In this document: positions 30,701-32,000 of the stretch, piece by piece
Layout of the letters: the number at the start of each line of letters is the position of its first letter
Position numbering within the stretch: position 1 is the stretch's first letter
NCBI GenBank assembly: GCA_965224465.1
Contig: OZ245049.1
Location: 2,070,001 to 2,102,000 of the forward strand
DNA from: Flavobacteriaceae bacterium
Lineage (GTDB): Bacteria; Bacteroidota; Bacteroidia; Flavobacteriales; Flavobacteriaceae
DNA: 32,000 nucleotides
Direction: 5' to 3'
Position numbers and translations under genes: made by a program
Notes under the pieces: model-generated
What the model was told of the DNA's origin: nothing
The model's input: the letters and a program-made list of their open reading frames with translations, nothing else
The model's database searches: none

Positions 30701-32000
30701 ATTTAAAGTTACCGTTACTCCATTACTACTAGGACTGTAGCAACTATTTGCAGCATTATAATAATACGCGTAGTAAACGCCTGCTGCAGAAATAGGCATC
30801 GTTTCTACACTTGATAAACCGTCACTAGCATCCTTATCTGTACTCCACACTAACACAGCTTCTGCAGGTGTATTTCCAGTATGTAATGTATTTAGATTCA
30901 TGCTCGGAATCGCGCAAGTATTTGTCATACTCGTTGCAGATAAAGGAGGAGAAATAATTCCAGAAGGACAGCATAAATCTGGTGTAGTTGTAGTTTCTAC
31001 CTTTTCACCCGCCTTAAAGAAAACACCATTCATTATCACTGCATTTTCTTGTGTACCTATCCCAGTTCCAAATCCACTAGGAATTGTTGTGTCTATAGAA
31101 GTAGTTTCAAAAGTACCGTCTCCCTTTCCTAAGAAAACAGAAACCCCTGAATTTGCCCCAATATTATCATAAGCAGATACATAATCTATCTTACTATCTT
31201 TATTTACATCCACTAAGAAAGATTGCTCTGCATTGGTATAGTTCCCTATCCTAACATTTCCTATTGTAGAAGATATTGTAAGGGCAGTGGTACTTGCATT
31301 GGTATTTATAAGTCCAGTCCCATTGTTTAGGAAACACATTATTTTAATCTCTGAACCATCATTAAAAGCATGTACATAATCCAAATAACCATCGTTATTC
31401 ACATCTGAAAAAGAAGAATATTCATTCTCTGCCGAACCAGAACTATTTGTATATCCAGAATCTTCTAGAGTAATATCAAAAAAGAGATTGGTATGAAACC
31501 TTCCATCTCCATACCCAAGCCAAGCTTGCATTCTCCCTGTAGATCCATCGTCAAAAGCACCTACTAAATCGGCAATATTATCTCGGTTTAAATCCTTTAA
31601 AAAAAACTGTTCCGACCCCGAAACCCCACTCGTTCCTTTAGCTGTGGCACCCGTAAGATAAGAACTAATTCTATTTCTTATAAAAGTACCATCACCGTTA
31701 CCAAGATAAGAATGTATTTTATTATCATTTCCTGAGAAAACATAATCTAATATAAAATCTCCATTTACATCAGCTAACCAGCCTTGTTCTGAGTTTGTTT
31801 CTCCAGCAAAAACTTGCCCATCGGTAACCTTAGAAAAACCTGTAGTTACAATAGCTGAAGTTACAAAAGTACCATCTCCATTATTTAAATAAACATAAAT
31901 GCTATTGTTTCCATCCTCTGTAATGTGTACAACATCTTTATCTCCATCGTTATCAACATCACCAAAACAAGAAGAAGAAGAAGCTCCTTTCCCAAAGACT
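9770..32000 (-). CDS. Giant modular acidic cell-surface protein, T9SS type-B cargo (partial; N-terminus beyond window end; at least 7,409 codons in window)
   Basis: The track ORF 9770..31531 is 7,253 aa. I translated 31999->31532 in the same frame with no stop and no Met (VFGKGASSSSCFGDVDNDGDKDVVHITEDGNNSIYVYLNNGDGTFVTSAIV...GAFDDGSTGR-MQAW...), so the ORF is open to the window edge. The stop is TAA at 9772-9770. It ends in a type-B T9SS sorting domain and is followed by a PorP/SprF gene. Confidence 0.95.
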   Translation of the reverse strand, partial: VFGKGASSSSCFGDVDNDGDKDVVHITEDGNNSIYVYLNNGDGTFVTSAIVTTGFSKVTDGQVFAGETNSEQGWLADVNGDFILDYVFSGNDNKIHSYLGNGDGTFIRNRISSYLTGATAKGTSGVSGSEQFFLKDLNRDNIADLVGAFDDGSTGRMQAWLGYGDGRFHTNLFFDITLEDSGYTNSSGSAENEYSSFSDVNNDGYLDYVHAFNDGSEIKIMCFLNNGTGLINTNASTTALTISSTIGNVRIGNYTNAEQSFLVDVNKDSKIDYVSAYDNIGANSGVSVFLGKGDGTFETTSIDTTIPSGFGTGIGTQENAVIMNGVFFKAGEKVETTTTPDLCCPSGIISPPLSATSMTNTCAIPSMNLNTLHTGNTPAEAVLVWSTDKDASDGLSSVETMPISAAGVYYAYYYNAANSCYSPSSNGVTVTLNPNCVDTDGDGVLDITDIDDDNDGILDKDECPPAEEVGECAPLANKQTFIDWKSQSGTIYTGEMVMLDRTITVTLEAPVGTRATTYNYWQSSNAQFCPKPDGKPFSSFIPQLDKAGTYTLTFSEPIYMPHVHFWSFGAGAQAMKATFNTDIEKVFAGGAGGTNLHVNETTDVAYNIGSYMEGSIKLINTEVSAFSFNVNIGEYWWSINVSAVAALNNPIFTCPDTDSDGIPNHLDLDSDGDGCSDSVEVGVVLASNNDSVNYNTGVDLNNNGLLDQFENGATGTINYTLDYSIAISAGLNACADSDNDGIGDVLDIDDDNDGILDVDECLGGVSLSRGELANFETAASTNVSLGKVAMSSTATQGPFVLSSGASFDVRFSPAISGIASSADGYYSRASTGTTQTITFTETGTGNPFYIEGLIYRWSDFEPSGPHESISEFKVTLIDGTTLVYNNANGWGTRFVDKNGLALGEAGSQLVQDNTYGLMSTYAIAPNLQAGKYISFDASDLKVTKIEYTGLAFVNFTHGWLPGRIHGGISVSCDSDIDNDTIPNHLDLDSDGDGCSDAYESGATTKLEVDYQFTGADTNNDGLVDAVDLNNDGIPNYIATYANVIDPVIKQCLTDDGDGISASVEDAGPNNGDGNGDGTLDSAQGNVASLEDALGKSYITLEITSATCNKIIQIDGLLENEVGQLDSAYDYPFGLLNYTVECNNPGESVAVKLYWHGSTSIDLIRKFGSSIPGANDASYTTKNFAISSELIGGLNVPVLSYTLTDGEAGDESTVGGEIKDPIGIVFPSVDTDGDGIMDDVDLDDDNDGILDVVESPNCYYSIADVKIKDATTTLTNYSTSAANSFTELYDGVLDNMAAYGVDGTNITGEVVYEVTLEFPVELTQISVVYNYSMFQTAAVFKWQAFNGTDWINVTGNLSENQGVNGTSTYSFNQTGDVYSKYRILGVSGKTYYNRVYEISPTIVDFNAHDFPKAVCTDDLDGDGIYNHLDSDSDNDGCSDAFEAGATTDEITDFAFPTTNVGVNGLEDSVETSADSGEVNYTSTYLKYAQSGFLSLCADTDNDGIKDLVDIDDDNDGVLDVVESPNCYYTISDLPLTGDRSAVSGFVVSSEMLTYAANPIESSIDGVKTTASNPRFNNSQAIAGKEVYKVELPNALELESLKFNYASTYGFFNNGVLILQGSNDDSTWVDLNTSSTHTTNPIPDEDVFAVTQNSAVYKYYRLLGVSGTTYSNGYGELELLINEAGFDPHDFPKNTCSDDLDNDGIYNHVDLDSDGDGCSDAFEAGATTDETVDFAFPTTNLGVNGLEDSVETSADSGKLNYTSTYLKYAQSDFLSMCADTDNDGIKDLVDIDDDNDGVLDVVESPNCYYSIADVKIKDATTTLTNYSTSAANSFTELYDGVLDNMAAYGVNGTDITGEAVYEVTLEFPVELTQMSVVYNYSMFQTAAVFKWQGFNGTDWVSVTGNLSETQGVNGTNTYSFNQTGDVYSKYRILGVSGKTYYNRVYEISPTMVDFNAHDFPKAVCTDDLDGDGIYNHLDSDSDNDGCSDAFEAGATTDETVDFAFPTTNVGVNGLEDSIETSADSGEVNYTSTYLKYAQSDFLSLCADTDSDGIKDLVDIDDDNDGVLDVVESPNCYYAISDLPLTGDRSAVSGFVVSSEMLTYAANPIESSIDGVKTIASNPRFNNSQAIAGKEVYKVELPNALELESLKFNYASTYGFFNNGVLTLQGSNDDSTWVDLNTSSTHTINPIPDEDVFAVTQNSAVYKYYRLLGVSGTTYSNGYGELELLIDEAGFDPHDFPKTNCDADTDGDGIYNHLDSDSDNDGCSDALEAGATTDETVDFAFPTTNVGVNGLEDSVEITADSGKVNYTSTYLKYAQSDFLSLCADTDNDGIKDLVDIDDDNDGVLDVVESPNCYYSIDDVKIKDVTTTLTNYSTSAANSFTELYDGVLDNMAAYGVNGTDITGEAVYEVTLEFPVELTQMSVVYNYSMFQTAAVFKWQAFNGTDWVSVTGNLSETQGVNGTNTYSFNQTGDVYSKYRILGVSGKTYYNRVYEISPTMVGFNTHDFPKAVCADDLDGDGIYNHLDSDSDNDGCSDAFEAGATTDETTGFAFPTTNVGVNGLEDSIETSADSGEVNYTSTYLKYAQSDFLSLCADTDSDGIKDLVDIDDDNDGVLDVVESPNCYYTISDLPLTGDRSTVDGFVVSSEMLTYATNPIESSIDGVKTTASNPRFNNSQAIAGKEVYKVELANALELESLKFNYASTYGFFNNGVLTLQGSNDDNTWIDLNTSSTHITNPIPDEDVFAVTQNSAVYKYYRLLGVSGTTYSNGYGELELLIDEAGFDPQDYPKPNCDADTDGDGIYNHLDSDSDNDGCSDALEAGATTDETVNFAFPAANVGVNGLEDSVETSADSGKLNYTSTYLKYAQSDFLSLCADVDSDGIKDLVDIDDDNDGILDKDEMYYCASGDGLAVSSLAQSVTVKNGTAWESDITDLGTGTVLGQLRIDDPQNFLRSVASMQNGNKVGMRIVYGSGSALKATYLFKLEFIPRNGVYFDEGLDYRFYRSPSGTANSNYSSWEIISTNVGNAIYQNYPDAQDGNIQGLTDSDEILPGTILKEGEGTYYDWDLTPSNWTADNHYNPADTAFWGMVFNDFSSITAINPMLIDLNFHQGQILGSDGFGVEMSILEYFTVPCSGEKDTDGDGVPDYLDLDSDNDGCSDSMEASTTGTSTNDVVNYNTGADVNSNGLLDGFESGTSSTINYTSTYTASALSAAKITINTVLGTTTDITGLTTLTLSAGASAQVATTFSNGVPDYTDDTASLTYNWQVDTGSGFVDFSPAETGENLILALVNATMVDNVYKVIVSHPSSYCTQENQTKLTLILPIAVDDAYTTNQDISIILTPLGNDSESATGGVVSVFSINAVTLTPSIVQTIPVTNGTVEVATNGTISFIPDANYVGSVSFSYEIKDVAGGLATANIQIAVAAIVIIDTDGDGVTDAQEVLDGTDPNDPCALTAASITETQAGSWLTSDCDSDGLTNGEETTGIDDPSTPANPNGNTTDPNKKDTDGDGVTDGKEATDGTDPNDPCALTAASITETQSGNWLTADCDSDGLTNGEETTGIDDPSTPANPNGNTTDPNKKDTDGDGVTDGKEATDGTDPNDPCALTVASITETQSGSWLTSDCDGDGLTNGEETTGVDDPSTPANPNGNTTDPNKKDTDGDGVTDGKEATDGTDPNDPCALTVASITETQSGNWLTADCDSDGLTNGEETTGVDDPSTPANPNGNTTDPNKSDTDGDGVTDGKEATDGTDPNDPCALTASSITETQTGNWLTADCDGDGLTNGEETTGVDDPSTPANPNGNTTDPNKKDTDGDGVTDGKEATDGTDPNDPCALTVASITETQSGNWLTVDCDSDGLTNGEETTGVDDPSTPANPNGNTTDPNKKDTDGDGVTDGKEATDGTDPNDPCALTVASITETQSGNWLTSDCDSDGLTNGEEITGVDDPSTPANPNGNTTDPNKKDTDGDGVTDGKEATDGTDPNDPCALTAASITETQVGSWLTADCDGDGLTNGEETTGIDDPSTTANPNGNTTDPNKKDTDGDGVTDGKEATDGTDPNDPCALTAASITETQSGNWLTADCDSDGLTNGEETTGIDDPSTPANPNGNTTDPNKKDTDGDGVTDGKEATDGTDPNDPCALTAASITETQSGNWLTADCDSDGLTNGEETTGIDDPSTPANPNGNTTDPNKKDTDGDGVTDGKEATDGTDPNDPCALTAASITETQAGSWLTVDCDGDGLTNGEETTGVDDSSTLANPNGNTTDPNKKDTDGDGVTDGKEATDGTDPNDPCALTVASITETQAGNWLTADCDGDGLTNGEETTGVDDSSTPANPNGNTTDPNKKDTDGDGVTDGKEATDGTDPNDPCALTAASITETQAGSWLTADCDGDGLTNGEETTGIDDPSTPANPNGNTTDPNKKDTDGDGVTDGKEATDGTDPNDPCALTAASITETQSGNWLTADCDSDGLTNGEETTGVDDPNTPANPNGNITDPNKSDTDGDGVTDGKEATDGTDPNDPCALTAASITETQAGSWLTSDCDSDGLTNGEETTGIEDPSTPANPNGNTTDPNKKDTDGDGVTDGKEATDGTDPNDPCALTVASITETQAGNWLTADCDSDGLTNGEETTGIDDPSTPANPNGNTTDPNKKDTDGDGVTDGKEATDGTDPNDPCALTVASITETQAGNWLTADCDSDGLTNGEETTGIDDPSTPANPNGNTTDPNKKDTDGDGVTDGKEATDGTDPNDPCALTVASITETQSGNWLTSDCDSDGLTNGEEITGVDDPSTPANPNGNTTDPNKKDTDGDGVTDGKEATDGTDPNDPCVLTVASITETQSGNWLTADCDGDGLTNGEETTGIDDPSTPANPNGNTTDPSKSDTDGDGVTDGKEATDGTDPNDSCALTVASITEAQAGNWLAADCDGDGLTNGEETTGIDDPSTPANPNGNTTDPNKKDTDGDGVTDGKEATDGTDPNDPCALTVASITETQSGNWLTADCDGDGLTNGEETTGVDDPSTPANPNGNTTDPNKKDTDGDGVTDGKEATDGTDPNDPCALTAASITETQAGNWLTADCDGDGLTNGEETTGVDDSSTPANPNGNTTDPNKKDTDGDGVTDGKEATDGTDPNDPCALTAASITETQAGSWLTADCDGDGLTNGEETTGIDDPSTPANPNGNTTDPNKKDTDGDGVTDGKEATDGTDPNDPCVLTVASITETQSGSWLTSDCDGDGLTNGEETTGIDDPSTPANPNGNKTDPNKKDTDGDGVTDGKEATDGTDPNDPCVLTVASITETQVGNWLTADCDSDSLTNGEETTGIDDPSTPANPNGNTTDPNKKDTDGDGVTDGKEATDGTDPNDPCALTVASITETQSGNWLTVDCDGDGLTNGEETTGVDDSSTPANPNGNTTDPNKKDTDGDGVTDGKEATDGTDPNDPCALTAASITETQADPNDPCALTAASITETQAGSWLTADCDGDGLTNGEETTGVDDSSTPANPNGNTTDPNKSDTDGDGVTDGKEATDGTDPNDPCVLKAASITETQAGSWLTVDCDSDGLTNGEETTGIDDPSTPANPNGNTTDPNKKDTDGDGVTDGKEATDGTDPNDPCALTVASITETQAGNWLTADCDSDGLTNGEETTGVDDPSTPANPNGNTTDPNKSDTDGDGVTDGKEAADGTDPNDPCALTVASITETQAGNWLTADCDGDGLTNGEETTGIDDPSTPANPNGNTTDPNKKDTDGDGVTDGKEATDGTDPNDPCTLTVASITETQAGNWLTADCDGDGLTNGEETTGVDDSSTPANPNGNTTDPNKKDTDGDGVTDGKEATDGTDPNDPCALTVASITETQAGNWLTADCDSDGLTNGEETTGIDDPSTPANPNGNTTDPNKKDTDGDGVTDGKEATDGTDPNDPCALTAASITETQAGNWLTADCDSDGLTNGEETTGIDDPSTPANPNGNTTDPNKSDTDGDGVTDGKEATDGTDPNDPCALTVASITETQAGSWLTADCDSDGLTNGEETTGIYDPSTLANPNGNTTDPNKKDTDGDGVTDGKEATDGTDPNDPCALTAASITETQYGNWLTADCDGDGLTNGEETTGIDDPSTPANPNGNTTDPNKKDTDGDGVTDGKEATDGTDPNDPCALTVASITETQAGSWLTVDCDGDGLTNGEETTGVDDPSTPANPNGNTTDPNKKDTDGDGVTDGKEATDGTDPNDPCALTAASITETQAGSWLTADCDGDGLTNGEETTGIDDPSTTANPNGNTTDPNKKDTDGDGVTDGKEATDGTDPNDPCALTAASITETQAGSWLTVDCDGDGLTNGEETTGVDDSSTLANPNGNKTDPNKKDTDGDGVTDGKEATDGTDPNDPCVLTVASITETQAGNWLTADCDGDGLTNGEETTGIDDPNTPANPNGNTTDPNKKDTDGDGVTDGKEATDGTDPNDPCALTVASITETQAGSWLTVDCDGDGLTNGEETTGVDDPSTPANPNGNTTDPSKSDTDGDGVTDGKEATDGTDPNDPCALTAASITETQSGNWLTADCDSDGLTNGEETTGIDDPSTPANPNGNTTDPNKKDTDGDGVTDGKEATDGTDPNDPCALTVASITETQSGNWLTVDCDSDGLTNGEETTGVDDPSTPANPNGNTTDPNKKDMDGDGVTDGKEATDGTDPNDPCALTVASITETQSGNWLTVDCDSDGLTNGEETTGIDDPSTPANPNGNTTDPNKKDTDGDGVTDGKEATDGTDPNDPCALTAASITETQSGNWLTADCDSDGLTNGEETTGIDDPSTPANPNGNKTDPNKKDTDGDGVTDGKEATDGTDPNDPCALTVASITETQAGSWLTVDCDSDGLTNGEETTGVDDPSTPANPNGNTTDPNKKDSDGDGVTDGKEATDGTDPNDPCALTVASITETQAGSWLTVDCDSDGLTNGEETTGVDDPSTPANPNGNTTDPNKKDSDGDGVTDGKEATDGTDPNDPCALTAASITETQAGNWLTVDCDSDGLTNGEETTGVDDPSTPANPNGNTTDPNKSDTDGDGVTDGKEATDGTDPNDPCALTVASITETQAGNWLTADCDSDGLTNGEETTGVDDPSTPANPNGNTTDPNKKDTDGDGVTDAQEVLDGSDTKIDSEATDPNDSCDYITARITETQTGNWLTADCDSDGLTNAEESTGIDDPSTPANPNGNKTDPNNIDSDRDGVTDGQEAIDGTDPNDLCDYTLISVTETQGGDWLVADCDADGLTNAEESTGIDDPSTPANPNGNKTDPNNIDSDGDGVTDGQEAIDGTDPNDFCDYLEVNITELQSDEWAIADCDGDGIPNGEENNKLVIPTVFTPNNDGVNDVFKIENLVELHPDFELKIYNRWGNIIYSYHHNGDKKASPRWWDGYSSGEMTIGSSQKVSTGTYYYILNFNDGKTEGIAAWIYINE
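9773..10075 (-). other. T9SS type-B C-terminal sorting domain (gliding-motility-associated CTD; CHU_C / TIGR04131-type, accession from memory)
   Basis: The last ~101 aa are LVIPTVFTPNNDGVNDVFKIENLVELHPDFELKIYNRWGNIIYSYHH...PRWWDGYS...STGTYYYILNFNDGKTEGIAAWIYINE. This matches the consensus FTPNGDG.ND.F.I...........I.NRWG..V......WDG.....G.YYY......G....G.I.L. Confidence 0.85.
10244..21724 (-). repeat. In-frame tandem array of 228-bp (76-aa) units: 48 near-identical units (10727..21724, including one 54-bp insertion) plus divergent units R49 (255 bp, 10472..10726) and R50 (10244..10471); a partial 51st unit continues to about 10079
   Basis: Unit consensus: DTDGDGVTDGKEATDGTDPNDPCALT[AV]ASITETQ[AS]G[NS]WLT[ASV]DCD[SG]DGLTNGEETTG[IV]DD[PS]STPANPNGNTTDPNK[KS]. 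I split the translated ORF unit by unit. The 228-nt period also shows in the plus-strand shadow ORFs, for example starts at 11993 and 12221. Boundaries were checked at nucleotide level: the GAT of R1 is at 21724-21722, preceded by ...IQIAVAAIVII, and the GAT of the partial unit is at 10243-10241. Confidence 0.97.
15637..15744 (-). repeat. Perfect 54-bp direct duplication inside one 228-bp unit (in frame, adds 18 aa)
   Basis: ctgcttgcgtttctgtgatgcttgccgctgtcaatgcacatggatcgtttggat occurs at 15637-15690 and again at 15691-15744. The protein reads ...ITETQA-DPNDPCALTAASITETQA-GSWL. The trinucleotide ctg follows both copies, giving junction microhomology. Confidence 0.9.
21725..22045 (-). other. 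Cadherin-like / bacterial Ig-like (VCBS or tandem-95 type) domain immediately N-terminal to the repeat array
   Basis: LPIAVDDAYTTNQDISIILTPLGNDSESATGG...VTNGTVEVATNGTISFIPDANYVGSVSFSYEIKDVAGGLATANIQIAV fits the pattern A.DD...T..D......L.ND.......V..G.V....G...Y.P...Y.G.D.F.Y...D..G....A.V.I.V. Motif-level call only. Confidence 0.45.
23318..28249 (-). repeat. Higher-order tandem repeat, 3 x 1644 bp (548 aa); each copy is an A module (804 bp) plus a B module (840 bp)
   Basis: The codons for VVESPNCYY of the A modules start at 28249, 26605 and 24961 (exact 1644-nt spacing). B1 starts at 27445. The equivalent position after the third copy, 23317, reads LDKDEMYYC instead. Plus-strand shadow ORFs at 24040, 25684 and 27328 are 1644 nt apart and nearly identical. 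Similarity extends about 65 nt further upstream into the preceding DIDDDNDG linker. Confidence 0.9.
31080..32000 (-). other. FG-GAP / VCBS-type repeats (integrin-alpha-like beta-propeller blades), continuing off-window
   Basis: Recurrent pattern of hydrophobic-x-DVN/D-x-DG-x-x-D-hydrophobic-V followed by ...NNGDGTF: FGDVDNDGDKDVVHI...YLNNGDGTF; LADVNGDFILDYVF...YLGNGDGTF; LKDLNRDNIADLVGA...WLGYGDGRF; FSDVNNDGYLDYVHA...FLNNGTG; LVDVNKDSKIDYVSA...FLGKGDGTF. Confidence 0.55.

Noticed and set aside
31529-31531. Met at 31531 as the start of the giant gene, as given in the ORF track
   Set aside because: The frame is open and encodes bona fide FG-GAP-type repeats from 31999 down to 31532. There is no signal peptide after this Met. 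It is simply the first Met in a frame that enters the window already open.

Overview
This window looks like a low-GC Bacteroidota chromosome, probably Flavobacteriia. That assignment is an inference from the gene content: a T9SS type-B sorting domain, a PorP/SprF gene and a PorE-like OmpA gene. Almost all real coding is on the minus strand.

(1) 9770..32000 is one giant open frame. It holds at least 7,409 codons in the window, and its N-terminus lies beyond the right edge. It encodes a modular, very acidic cell-surface protein that ends in a type-B T9SS C-terminal sorting domain. More than half of it is an 11.5-kb array of 228-bp (76-aa) tandem repeats: 48 near-identical units, 2 full divergent units and 1 partial unit. 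Upstream of that array is a second, higher-order repeat of 3 x 1644 bp.

(2) Directly downstream on the same strand are a PorP/SprF-family gene (8794..9717) and a PD40 / CarboxypepD_reg-like / OmpA_C gene (7201..8778), followed by a rho-independent terminator. This looks like a cargo-dedicated T9SS secretion and anchoring cassette.

(3) A complete two-ORF IS66-family element (5122..7101, plus strand) sits 37 bp beyond that terminator. It has GTAAGC... terminal inverted repeats and a perfect 8-bp target-site duplication (CACTTGGA).

(4) A 739-bp AT-rich non-coding stretch follows. After it comes the 5' part of a second, paralogous modular surface-protein gene (4382..1, minus strand, signal peptide present, C-terminus off-window).

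I found no rRNA, tRNA, CRISPR, defence, toxin-antitoxin or biosynthetic genes. The long plus-strand ORFs in the track are antisense shadows of the repeats.

The most interesting object is the giant repeat protein and the internal population structure of its repeat array. All family assignments come from motif recognition by eye; no searches were run.
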